From NCBI GenBank assembly GCA_963738495.1, contig CAVTWW010000014.1:296091-360090 (forward strand): a stretch of DNA of 64,000 nt, written 5' to 3'. Each line of letters starts with the position of its first letter. Position 1 is the stretch's first letter. Below, piece after piece: positions 37,483-47,731 of the stretch. This stretch comes from an uncultured Actinomycetota bacterium. GTDB lineage: Bacteria; Actinomycetota; Actinomycetes; Actinomycetales; Kineosporiaceae. The notes under the pieces were generated by a model. The model was not told the DNA's origin. It did no database searches and was given only the letters and a program-made list of their open reading frames with translations. Position numbers and translations under genes: made by a program.

Positions 37483-39367
37483 TCAGGCGAGCTTGCCCAC
37501 GGCTGGTGTAGAATGCTTGGAGTAGCCGTTCAGCTCGGGGTGGAAGCCCCCCCAGCCGTTGCCGGTGGGCGTCGATGCAGTTCATGTTGACCAGCTGGGT
37601 GTAGACCACGTCGTCGTAGACGATCTGCTGCATCTGGTCGACCATCGCCTTGCGCGCCGCCTCGTCCATCAGGGTCGCCTGCTGCTCGTACAGCTTGTCG
37701 TAGGCCGGGTTGTCGTAGCCGGTGTCGCTCCACGAGCACCACTGGCCCTTGGTCACGACGGAGAGCTGGAAGTCCGGGTCGCTTGTAGCCGACCCAGTCC
37801 CACAGCGGCCATGTCGAAGTCCTCGTAGCCGGTGCCCTTCTCGGCGTCGCAGCTGTCGCCGGTCTCGTAGGCGTAGGCCGCGGTGGAGTCGCCGCCGGCC
37901 TTAGGGTGAGCTTGACCCCGGCCTCGGCGAAGTTGTCGCGGATGATCTCGAACTGCGCGCTTGCCGTTGAAGTTGAGGCTGTCCGGCACCATCACCTCGT
38001 ACTTCATCGGGTGCGCCGGCTGGCCGTCCTTGGCCGGGGCCACCCGGATGCCGTCGGCGCCCTTGGTGTAGCCGAGCTGGTCGAGGTCGGCGTTGGCCGC
38101 GGCGACGTCCCGCGTCAGCGGGCCGAGGTTGGCGTTCTCCCACGTGCCGACGATGTTGCCGAGCAGGCTCTCCACCGTGCTCGGCGTGCCCGCCGAAGAC
38201 GACCTCGATGATCCGGTCGCGGTCGACGGTCTGCGACAGCGCCTTCTTCACCTTCGGGTCGAGCAGCTCGCGGTTCTTCTTCTTCTTCGGGTTGGAGTTC
38301 CAGGTGATGTTGGTGGTCTCGGCGCCCGTGATCTCGGGACCGCGATGCCGTGTCTCCTTGGCAGCGTGGTGGCCGCGGCGATCGGCACCTCGTCGACCCA
38401 GTCGACCTTGCCGGACTTCAGGTCGGCGAGCATCGCGTCCTCGTTCGTGAAGTAGACCAGCGCGATCGCGTCGACTTCGGACTTCGGCCCGTAGAAGTTC
38501 GGGTCCGCCTTGAAGACGCTGGTGCCCTTCTTCTCGTACTTCTCCAGCGTGTAGGCGCCGCCGGTGACCATCGGCAGCTTCTGCTCCGGGGCGAAGGTCT
38601 TCAGCCCTTGCCGTCGGCGCCGGCCAGCGGCTCCCAGACGTGCTGGGGCAGGATCGGCAGGGTCTGCAGCTGCGGCAGCGCGTTCGCCATCGGGGCGTCG
38701 TAGCTGATCACCAGCGAGCGCCGCGGTCGGGCGCGTGGCCTTGACGATGTGCTGCACCGCGCCGGCCATCACCGCGGTCGGCGTCGTCCACGTACTTCAG
38801 CGTGGTGTTGACGGTCAAGGCGGCGTCGGCCGCGGTGATCGGCTTGCCGTCGGACCACTTGCCGCTGGTCTTCAGGGTGAAGGTGATGGTCTTGCCGTCG
38901 GCGGACTGCTCCCAGCTGTCGGCCAGGTCGCCCTCGAACTCCTCGGCGCCCGGCTTGTACTGCACCAGGGACGGGAAGATCATCAGCTGGGCCAGCAGGC
39001 CCGGCCGCCTCGATCTAGTTGAACGGGTTGAACGAGTCGATGTAGTTGATCGTCCCGATCTTCAGCACGCCCCCCGGGCTCTGACCTGCGGGGCAGCGCT
39101 CTGGCTGGACGTCGCCGACCCAGGGGCCGCGCCCGACCCCGTGCCGGCCCCGGTCGGGGTCGCCGTCCCGGACGAGCCGCAGGCCGCCAGCACCAGAGCG
39201 GCCGCCGCCCCCAGCGCGAGGACCACCCTGGGGCGACCGTGAGGAGACCCCGTGCCCGGACCAGACCCCTGGCCCTGACCAGACCCCTGACCCTGACCAG
39301 ACCTCTGGCCCAAGCGCCGCGCCTGGCCCTGCGGACACCTCTGGTCGTTGCGCTGCGTCTGGGTCAT
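37483..39367 (-). pseudogene. ABC peptide transporter substrate-binding lipoprotein (DppA/OppA family 5 SBP) with about 6 frameshifts
   Basis: ATG at 39367 is preceded by GGAGG. The N-terminus MTQTQRNDQ…GQGQGSGQGQGSGPG…VVLALGAAAALVLAACGSS has a lipobox LAAC. Family-5 SBP segments (…KWSDGKPITAADAA…; …KADPNFYGPKSEVDAIALVYF…; …WCSWSDTGYDNPAYDKLYEQQ…) are scattered over seven small ORFs in three frames. Confidence 0.6.
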
Positions 39368-39604
39368 GCCCGTCCTCCACCGCCGGCCGCCGGCACCTCG
39401 CCCACCACGGTGCCACCCGACTACTGATCTGCCGGTCAGCCCGGCTGTTGTCTTTCTACTACCGAGCAGACGCAAGGTCGAGGGCTCCAGGTTGCTTTTG
39501 CGACAAGATTTCCCGCCGTCGTCACTCTGGGTGAGATCTCGTGGCGAAACGGCAAAGGATTCCTGCCCGTTCCGCCCGACCTGAGCGGGCCGTAGCATCG
39601 CCGC

Positions 39605-40897
39605 GTGACCGGTCTGCAGGCGGCTCTGCCCCGCGCCCACTACACCGACCCGGCCACCTGGCGCCACGAGGTCGACCGGGTGTGGCGCCGGTCGTGGGTC
39701 TGTGTCGGTCGCCTCGACGCCCTCGGACCGGCCGACAGTCCCTACGACGCAACCGATGGCGGTCGCGTCGTCGCGGTCGAGGTGGCGGGCGAGAGTGTGC
39801 TGCTCACCCGCGACGACCGTGGCCCGCACGCCCTGGCCAACGTCTGCCGCCACCGTGGCGCCCAGTTGGTCGACCAGTCGCCCGGCGAGGTGGTGACGCC
39901 GTGCGCGGCCAGGTCACTGCGGTGTCGCTACCACTCCTGGACCTACGGCCTGGACGGCGCCCTGTTGCGGGCGCCCCACACCGACGGGGTCGAGGGGTTC
40001 GACCCCGCGCAGTTCGGGCTGACCGAGCTCGCCGTCCAGACCTGGGGCGGCTACGCCTTCGTGCGACTCGGCCCGCCCACGGCGCCGTCCGACGCGACTG
40101 CGGACGAGGCCGGCGACGACCCCGGCGACGCGCCCTCGCTGGTCACGGAGCTGGGCGAGATCGTCACCCGCACCGCCCGGTACCCGCTCGAGCGCCTGGT
40201 CAGCGCCCGACGCATCGTCTACGAGGTGGCGGCCAACTGGAAAGTGATCGCCGAGAACTACAACGAGTGTTACCACTGCGCCGGCGTCCACGCCGAGCTG
40301 ACCCGGCTGGTACCGGCCTTCGGCCACGGCGGCATGGGGGTCGACGGTGCCGGGCTGGACTGGGAGGCGGGCATCGCGCACCGGGACGGCGCCTGGACGT
40401 TCTCGTTCAGCGGCGGCTCGCCCCGCCGTCCGTTCCCCGACCTCGACGACGGCGAGCGGGTGCGCCACAAGGGCGAGCTGGTCTACCCCAACCTGCTGCT
40501 CAGCCTGTCGGCCGAGCACGCCGCCTCGTTCGTGCTGCAGCCGTTGGCCGTCGACCGCACCCGGATCACCTTCGACGTGCTGGTCGAGCCCGAGCAGGCC
40601 GATCAGGACGTCGAGGACTGCGCCGGGTTCTGGGACCTGGTGAACCGGCAGGACTGGACGATCTGCGAGAGCGTGCAGCGCGGCATGGCCTCGGCCTTCT
40701 ACACCCAGGGCTGGTACGCCCCCATGGAGGACGCCGGGCTCGACATCCGGCGCTGGCTGCTGCCCCGGCTGACCGACGACCACGGCCCGACCGAAGCGCC
40801 CGGCCCTGCCGTTTCGCCCGGCCCTGCCGTTTCGCCCGGCCCTGCCGCTCCGCCCGGCCTTGTCGATGCGCCCGGCCCTGCCGAGGGCACGTCATGA
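39605..40897 (+). CDS. Rieske [2Fe-2S] oxygenase alpha-subunit-like protein, paralog of 10825..12066
   Basis: Motifs CRHRGAQL…CRYHSWTY and ANWKVIAENYNECYHC. 430 aa, GTG start. The C-terminus has GPAVSPGPAVSPGPAAPPG from an 18-bp x3 repeat at 40797-40860. Confidence 0.85.
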   Translation: MTGLQAALPRAHYTDPATWRHEVDRVWRRSWVCVGRLDALGPADSPYDATDGGRVVAVEVAGESVLLTRDDRGPHALANVCRHRGAQLVDQSPGEVVTPCAARSLRCRYHSWTYGLDGALLRAPHTDGVEGFDPAQFGLTELAVQTWGGYAFVRLGPPTAPSDATADEAGDDPGDAPSLVTELGEIVTRTARYPLERLVSARRIVYEVAANWKVIAENYNECYHCAGVHAELTRLVPAFGHGGMGVDGAGLDWEAGIAHRDGAWTFSFSGGSPRRPFPDLDDGERVRHKGELVYPNLLLSLSAEHAASFVLQPLAVDRTRITFDVLVEPEQADQDVEDCAGFWDLVNRQDWTICESVQRGMASAFYTQGWYAPMEDAGLDIRRWLLPRLTDDHGPTEAPGPAVSPGPAVSPGPAAPPGLVDAPGPAEGTS

Positions 40898-42162
40898 GGT
40901 ACGACGCGGACGTCGTGGTGATCGGCCTGGGGGCGCTCGGCAGCGCGACGGCCTGGCAGCTGGCCCGGCGCGGGGTGTCGGTGATCGGCCTGGAGCGCTT
41001 CGAGCTGGGCCACGTGCGGGGCGCCTCCCACGGCGACTCCCGCATCATCAGGCTCAGCTACCACACGGCCGCCTACGTCGCGAACGCCGAGCAGGCCTAC
41101 CGGGACTGGGCCGAGCTCGAGGCCGACAGCGGCCGCTCGCTGGTGCTGCGCTGCGGCGGCATCGACGTCTTCCCGCCCGGCGCAGCGATTCCCGTCGACG
41201 ACTACGTCGGCGCCATGACCGCCCGCGGGGTGCGTTTCGAGGTGCTGGACGACGTCGCCACCCGGCGTCGGTGGCCCTCGATCGCCGTGCCCGACGGCTC
41301 GACGGTGCTGCAGCAGAACGAGACCGGGATCGTGCCGGCGTCCCTGGGCAGCGCCACCATGCGGGAACGGGCCGTCGGGCACGGCGCCCGGCTGGTCGAG
41401 CGGTGCCCGGTGGCCGAGCTGACCGCCGACGACGACGGCGTGCTGGTGCGCTGCCACGACGGCTCGCGGCTGCGGGCCCGCACCGCGGTGGTGACCGCCG
41501 ACGCCTGGACGAACGACGTCCTGGCGGGTCTCGGCGTGCGGATCCCGTTGACGGTCACCAAGGAGCACGTGGTCCACTTCGCCCTCGACGACGGCGCCCC
41601 CGACGTCCGTGCCACTGCCGACGTCCGTTCAGCTGCCGACGTCCGTTCAGCTGCCGACGTCCGTTCAGCTGCCGACGTCCGTTCAGCTGCCGACGTCCGT
41701 GCCGCGCACGCGCCCGGAGCCTTCCCGGTGTGGATCTGGATGGACGACCCCTCCTACTACGGGTTCCCCAGCTACGGCGAGGCGTCGGTCAAGGTGGGCC
41801 AGGACTGCGGCGGCCGGGCGGTCGACCCCGACACCCGGGACTTCGAGCCGGACGCCGAGTACGTCGCCGCGATGCGCGATTTCGTCGCCCGCACCGTGCC
41901 CGGCGCCGGCGCGGTGAGCCGGGTGACCACCTGCCTGTACACCCTCACCCCCGACCGCGACTTCGTCGCGGCCCTGGTGCCCGGGCAGCCCCGGGTGGCG
42001 GTGGGTCTCGGCTCGGCGCACGGGTTCAAGTTCGCGCCGTGGTTCGGCCGGGTGCTGGCCGACCTCGCCACCACCGGCGCTACGAGCTGCGACATCGGCG
42101 CCTTCACCCTCGACCGGCCCGCCCTCACCGACCCGGCGGCGCCGCAGCGCTGGCTGGTCTGA
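40894..42162 (+). CDS. Monomeric sarcosine oxidase / N-methyl-L-tryptophan oxidase (MSOX/MTOX) family FAD oxidoreductase
   Basis: ATG at 40894 overlaps the Rieske stop as ATGA, with GAGGG at 7 nt. The dinucleotide motif is DVVVIGLGALGSATAWQLARRG. An internal 15-bp x5 repeat at 41601-41703 encodes ADVRSAADVRSAADVRSAADVRS. Confidence 0.85.
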   Translation: MRYDADVVVIGLGALGSATAWQLARRGVSVIGLERFELGHVRGASHGDSRIIRLSYHTAAYVANAEQAYRDWAELEADSGRSLVLRCGGIDVFPPGAAIPVDDYVGAMTARGVRFEVLDDVATRRRWPSIAVPDGSTVLQQNETGIVPASLGSATMRERAVGHGARLVERCPVAELTADDDGVLVRCHDGSRLRARTAVVTADAWTNDVLAGLGVRIPLTVTKEHVVHFALDDGAPDVRATADVRSAADVRSAADVRSAADVRSAADVRAAHAPGAFPVWIWMDDPSYYGFPSYGEASVKVGQDCGGRAVDPDTRDFEPDAEYVAAMRDFVARTVPGAGAVSRVTTCLYTLTPDRDFVAALVPGQPRVAVGLGSAHGFKFAPWFGRVLADLATTGATSCDIGAFTLDRPALTDPAAPQRWLV

Positions 42163-42185
42163 CCTCCGGGTCGCCCCCGTCCCGG

Positions 42186-44405
42186 TCAGGCCAGCAGTCG
42201 CGGGATCCGGCGGTGCCACCGACGGTGCACCAGCGGCTCGCCGCCGTCCAGGACGTCGAGCTCGACAGTGACGTCGAAGGTCTCGTCGTCGATCACCAGG
42301 TCGAGCCGGGACTCACTGCTCGCCGTCGCCTGCCCGGGCCAGGTGAGCTCGAACCGGGTGGTGCCGGTGGCCCGCTGGCGACCGGTGACGGGCTCGATCT
42401 CGACCCGGCCGACGTAGTGCTCCCGGCACACCGAGTCCTGGAAGCCGCGGTAGGTCGAGCCGTGGTCGACCTCGGCGTGGTGCACCCCGGTCACCACCTC
42501 GTGCCCGTGGCGCCACAGCACGTGGCGAGGCGTCGACCGGTTCGGTGGGCGCGACGGCCGCCTGTTGCTCCTCGGTCGGGGGGTCGGGCAGCACCGGCAC
42601 CGGCAGCGGCGTGCCCGGCGAGACCGGCAGCAGCAACCGGGACGCCGACAGGTCGACCGCCGACCAGGTGCCCGGCGGCGCCACCACGTTCGGCCAGTCG
42701 GCGCAGGCCAGCGCCAGCCGCAGCTGCACGCCCTCGGTGACCTCGAAAGCCGTTGCCTCGAGCTCGATCTCGACGTCGTGCCACTCATGCGGGGAGCACG
42801 GCCGCGGCGCGGTCGCCGTCGCCGTCCCGGTAGGCCAGGTTGAGCAGCCCCCGGTCGACCAGCAGGCTCGGCCGACCCGCCGCCGGCACCAGGCTCAGCT
42901 TGGCCGAGCACGAACGCCACCGGGTCGTCGACCCGCACCCGCAGCACCAGCCGAGGCTGGCCGAGCACCACGGTGCCCGCCGGCAGCGGCCACTGCAGGC
43001 ACAGTGAGCGGACGTCGTCCAGGGTCTGGTCCTCGGGCTGGCCCCACGGCAGGTGCCCGGCGCACGAGTTCCAGGCGCGCACCCCGACGTCGCGCACCGG
43101 CTGGTACTCGACGACGCCGGGCCGACCCGGGTCGACGGCGCCGCCCGACACGGCCGCCTGACCCAGTTCGAGGACGTCGTCGGTGACGGCCTCGAGGCCC
43201 GCCAGGTCGTAGGCCTGCCAGGTGCCGGGCCAGCTGTCGGCCACCGGGGACGGCGGGTCGTAGCGCCGCACGAACACCGTGAACGGTGGGTCCGGCTCCA
43301 CCCCCCGCGCGGACGCGGCAGCGCCGTCCGGGTCCTGGTCCTCACGCAGCCACCGGTCCTCGCGCAGCCACCGGTCCCACCATCGCGCCATCAGCACGAC
43401 GTGGTCGACCCGAGGGCCGGGCACCGCCGTCGCGGGACCCATGTGGCTCCACGGCCCGGCCAGCACCTGCACCGGGGTACCCGCCGCCGACAGCGCCCGG
43501 AAGGTGCGGAAGGAGTTGTTGCGGTAGCCGTCCGCCCAGCCCGCGATGAGCATCGTGGGGCACGTGATGCGTTCGTAGGAGGGCATTCCCGCTCCGGCCG
43601 GGCCGGGCGTGGCCCGCACCGACCCGTGCCGCCAGTACGGCCCGTCGCTCTGCCGGTCGATCCAGCGGGTGAACCATTCGGGGGTGTCCTGCGCCCGGGT
43701 CAGCCACTCCCGCCGCCAGCCCTCGCCGAACACCGTCGGCACGGGAGGCAGCCCGTTCATGGCGACCATGTAGAGCTGGTAGTCGACCTGGTCGAGCAGC
43801 CGCATCGCACCGCCCATGTGGTGCACGTCGTCGGTCCAGCGGTCGTCCGTGGCATAGCTGGCCACGACCGCCTTCAGTGCCGGGGGCCGCTCGCACGCCA
43901 GCTGCAGGGCGTTGAACCCGCTCCAGCTGGTGCCGAACATGCCGACCGCTCCGCTGCACCAGGGCCGGTCGGCCAGCCAGGCGATCACCTCGAGCAGGTC
44001 GGCCTGCTCCTGGGCGTGGTACTCGTCGAGCGCGATCCCGGTGCTCGAGCCGGTGCCCCGCAGGTCGACCCGGGCCACGGCGTAGCCGAACTCGTCGCGG
44101 AAGCGGGTGTACTCGGGCCGGTAGGACGCCGTCAGGTCGTCCTTGCGGTACGGCAGGGCCTCGAGCAGGCACGGCACCGGGCCCCCGGCGCCGTCCGATC
44201 GCTGCCCGGCGCTGCCCCGCCCACCGGCGCCGTGCGGCAGGTACAGGGTGGCGGCCAGCCGGGCGCCGTCCGACATCGGGATCCAGATCTGCTCCACGTC
44301 CCGATCCTGCCGGTTCGTCCGACCAGGGACGCCGACATTGGCAGGCTTCCCCAGGTTGCGGTCATCGCGCGCACATGCTCGGGCCCGATCATTGCCTCGA
44401 TCCAT
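42186..44405 (-). pseudogene. CocE/NonD-family hydrolase (S15 X-Pro dipeptidyl-peptidase-like) with about 2 frameshifts in the central region; start uncertain
   Basis: N-terminal alpha/beta-hydrolase segment …IPMSDGARLAATLYLP…VDLRGTGSSTGI…GMFGTSWSGFNAL… and a good C-terminal beta-sandwich tail (…VCREHYVGRVEIEPVTGRQ…). The segment between ~42540 and ~42900 translates as Arg/Pro garbage. Confidence 0.7.
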
Positions 44406-44427
44406 CCGACGGATCACGGGAGATCAG

Positions 44428-45114
44428 ATGCGTCGGCGCAGTGCAGCACTCGTCCTGTCCGGGGCCATGCTCGCCGGGGCGGCCGGCACCGTCCTGGCAC
44501 TGACCCCGGCCGAGGCGGCCAGCTCGGCCAACCCGGTCACCAGCCGGCTGGCCCACCTCAAGAGCGCACTGAGCGGGCTGGTCACGGACGGCACCCTGAC
44601 CCAGGCGCAGGCCGACAAGGTGGCCACCACTCTGGACCAGCAGCTGCCGAAGGGCGGTTCGAAGGGGCAGGGCGGATCAATGGGGCAGGGCATGCGGGGA
44701 CCCGAGGGACCGGACGGGCACATGTTCGGCCGTGACCTGCACGGCGTTCTCGGCCGGGCCGAAACGGCGGCCGCCACGGCACTGCACCTGAGCACGGACG
44801 AGCTGCGCACCCAGCTGCGGGCGGGCAAGAGCCTGGCCCAGATCGCCGCCACCCAGAAGGTGAGCGTCGACACCCTGGTCACCGCCGTCGTCGATGCCGA
44901 GAAGGCGGAGCTGGCCGCCCAGGTCAAGGCCGGCCGCCTCACCCAGGCGCAGGCCGACAGCATCGGCGGCACCCTGACCCAGCGCATCACCGACCTCGTC
45001 AATGGTGTCGGGCGCGGCCCCGGCGGCTTCGGCCACTGGGGGCCGGGGCGGCAGGCGCCGGGGCAAACTCCGGGCAGTGGCGCCACCAGCTCGAGCACTC
45101 CTCCCGCGGCCTGA
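44428..45114 (+). CDS. Secreted hypothetical protein with repeated LTQAQAD motifs
   Basis: ATG is preceded by GGGAG at 5 nt. The signal peptide is MRRRSAALVLSGAMLAGAAGTVLALTPAEA. Mature sequence has internal repeats GTLTQAQADKV…GRLTQAQADSI and a Gly-rich C-terminus. My hand-indexing puts the ATG at 44427; I used 44428 to agree with the track ORF frame. Confidence 0.6.
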   Translation: MRRRSAALVLSGAMLAGAAGTVLALTPAEAASSANPVTSRLAHLKSALSGLVTDGTLTQAQADKVATTLDQQLPKGGSKGQGGSMGQGMRGPEGPDGHMFGRDLHGVLGRAETAAATALHLSTDELRTQLRAGKSLAQIAATQKVSVDTLVTAVVDAEKAELAAQVKAGRLTQAQADSIGGTLTQRITDLVNGVGRGPGGFGHWGPGRQAPGQTPGSGATSSSTPPAA

Positions 45115-45410
45115 CCGCAGGCGCACCGCCCCGCAGCCTGACCGCAGGCGCGCACCGCCCGCCCGACCCGGCGGGCGCACCCCGAGTGGCCGCCGGGTAC
45201 CCCTGAAGCCGAGACGGCTGACGAAGGCCTCGCCGATGTCGGCGGGGCCTTCGTCGTGCGTCAGGGCTGGCGCGCCTCTGACACCGGTGACATACTCGCT
45301 GGCGTCGGAGCCCCGACACCCCCGACCTGCCCGCTCCTGCCGTCCGACCGTCGAGCGGGCGAGTACGTCTGCGCCCTCGCGACAGGACGCCCGACCCAAG
45401 GAGCCAGCCC

Positions 45411-46436
45411 ATGAAGGCCGTCCTCTACGACGCCCCCCGCAGCTACCAGGTGACGGAGGTCCCGACCCCGACCCCCGGGCCCGGCGAGGTGCTCATCAAG
45501 GTGGTGCAGGTCGGCGTCTGCGGCACCGACCTGCACATCCATCACGGCGACTTCAACGCGGTCTTCCCACTGATCCCCGGGCACGAGCTCGTGGGCGTGG
45601 TCGAGCAGCTGGGCGAGGGCGCCACCCGGTTCCGGATCGGGGAGCAGGTGAGCGTCAACCCCAACATCTACTGCGGCACCTGCGACTACTGCCTGTCGGG
45701 ACGGCTGATCCTGTGCTCGAACGGCAAGGGCCTGGGCAGCAACTTCCCCGGTTCTTCGCCGAGTTCGCCTGCGTCGCCGAGACCCTCGTCTTCTCGGTCG
45801 AGGGCCTGGCGCTGGACACCGCGGTCTTCACCGAGCCGGCCGGATGTGCGATGCACGGTCTGGAGACCCTGGCCCTCAAGCCGGGCGTCAGTGCCCTGGT
45901 CCTCGGTGCCGGACCGACCGGACTGCTGCTGTCGCAGCTGATCCGCTCCGGGGGCGCCTCGTCGGTGACCACGGCCGGTCCCACCCAGTTCAAGCTCGAC
46001 ACCGCGGCCAAGCTGGGCATCGACCAGACCGTCAAGATCGAGCGCGGCGACCCCGCCGGCAACCTGCAGAAGTTGCTCGCGACCTCACCCAAGGGCGACG
46101 GCTACGACGTCGTCGTCGAGGCGACCGGTGCCACCGAGGTCGGTGACATCTGCGTGCAGCTGACCCGCAACGGCGGCACCTACATGGTCTACGGGGTGAC
46201 CCGGGCCGACGAGATCGTGCGCGTTCCACCCGTTCGACGTGTTCCGTCGCGAGATCACGATCAAGGGGTCCTTCGCCGAGATGACGTCCTTCGGCGCGGC
46301 CATCTCGGCACTGCGCGGCGGGCGCGCCAGGACCGACGGCATCATCACCCACCGCTTCTCGCTCGACGAGTACGGCACGGCCCTCGAGACCCTGGCGTCC
46401 GACAAGAGCGCGCACAAGGTCGTCATCATCCCGTAG
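45411..46436 (+). pseudogene. Zinc-dependent alcohol/polyol dehydrogenase (MDR family) with two frameshifts near 45740 and 46230
   Basis: The N-terminus MKAVLYDAPRSYQVTEVPTP…GVCGTDLHIHHGDF…GHELVGVV…CGTCDYCLSGR carries catalytic and structural Zn motifs. The middle GAGPTGLLLSQL… (Rossmann) is in frame 45002.., and the C-terminus …ITIKGSFAEM…HKVVIIP is in ORF 46239..46436. Confidence 0.7.
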
Positions 46437-46439
46437 CAG

Positions 46440-47492
46440 CTAGGTTCTCGACCTGGCGGGACGGCGCGTCGTCGGCGCCGTCCCGCCGGCCACCGACACC
46501 CTCGCGCACCCGCAGGACTCACGCACGACCAGCTCGACCGGGAGCACCACCTGGCGGCGATGACGCAGGTCGGGCCGGTCCACCCGCTCGAACAGCCGCG
46601 TGGCGGCGACCCCGCCGAGCCTGAGCGGGTCCTGGTCGACGACCGTGACCGCGGGGGCCAGGGTGTCGGCCATCGGAAAGTCGCCGAAGCTGACCAGGGC
46701 GACGTCCGAACGCCCGAGCCGGTGCAGGATCGGCACGATCTCGATCGAGCTGCGGGCGTTCGACGACAGCACCGCCGTCGGCGGGTCGCCCTGCCCCAGG
46801 CTCGCCATCAGCGTCTGCTCGGTGGCCACCCCGCCGTCGCTGCCGAGCACCACGACCAGGTCGTCGTCGTAGGGCAGCCCGGCCTCGGCCAACGCGCTCC
46901 GGTAGCCGCCCAGGCGTCGGGCGGTGGTGGGGATCTGCAACGAGTCGGCCGCCATGGCGATCCGGCGATGGCCGTGGCCGATGAGGTGCGCCGTCGCCCG
47001 CTTGGCTCCGCCGAAGTCGTCCTCGACGACCGACTCCGCCTTCAGGCCCACCGGCGGCCGGTCGATGAACATGACGGCGACCCTGCTCAGCCAGGGCTGC
47101 AGGTAGGTCTGGTCGGCGGCCACGGGCGCGATCACCAGGCCGACGATCTGGCGGCTCAGCAGCGCCTCGACCGCGGTCTGCTCGTCCTCGGCCGCACCAC
47201 CCAGACTGGTGACGAAGACCGCCACGTTGCGCTGCCGGGCCGCCTTCTCGATCGCCCGGGCGACCGAGGCGAAGAAGGGGTCACCGATGTCGGGCACCGC
47301 GAGCCCGATCGCGGCGTCCCGGCCCGAGCGGAAGGTGCGGGCCAGCGCGTTGGGGACGTAGTTGAGGTCGGCCACCGCCTGCAGCACCCGGGCGCGGACG
47401 TCGTCGGAGACGTAGCGGTCGTTGTTCATCACCCGCGAGACCGTCTTGGCGCTCACCCCGGCCAGCGCCGCGACGTCGCGCATCGTGCTCAT
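46440..47492 (-). CDS. LacI-family transcriptional regulator
   Basis: ATG at 47492 is preceded by GAGGGAG. The HTH MSTMRDVAALAGVSAKTVSRVMNN and a periplasmic-binding-protein-like effector domain are present. Confidence 0.85.
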   Translation of the reverse strand: MSTMRDVAALAGVSAKTVSRVMNNDRYVSDDVRARVLQAVADLNYVPNALARTFRSGRDAAIGLAVPDIGDPFFASVARAIEKAARQRNVAVFVTSLGGAAEDEQTAVEALLSRQIVGLVIAPVAADQTYLQPWLSRVAVMFIDRPPVGLKAESVVEDDFGGAKRATAHLIGHGHRRIAMAADSLQIPTTARRLGGYRSALAEAGLPYDDDLVVVLGSDGGVATEQTLMASLGQGDPPTAVLSSNARSSIEIVPILHRLGRSDVALVSFGDFPMADTLAPAVTVVDQDPLRLGGVAATRLFERVDRPDLRHRRQVVLPVELVVRESCGCARVSVAGGTAPTTRRPARSRT

Positions 47493-47731
47493 GCCGCTCC
47501 CTCGTGCCTGCCGCTGCTGGTTCACGCGACCCGGTGACCGGTCTGCATGCGTTCACGGGGCGGGAACGGCCGGCGGGCGCTGGTCAATATACCCAGCGAC
47601 GACCGGCTGCCGGCCCCGCCGCGCGGGGGGCCGGGCTCGACTCGTGAGCCCCGACCGAGAGCCCGTCCCCGTAACGAATCGGTAACCAACCAAGGGCCTC
47701 CCTTGCGGTGATTTGCGCCTCAGCCTAGGGT

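Noticed and set aside
47671-47686. GTAAC-gaatcg-GTAAC as a full GlnR site for the sugar operon
   Set aside because: There is only a single a/b-type box (not the double box seen at amt), and chance occurrence is plausible. I kept it only as a weak note inside the sugar-locus finding.
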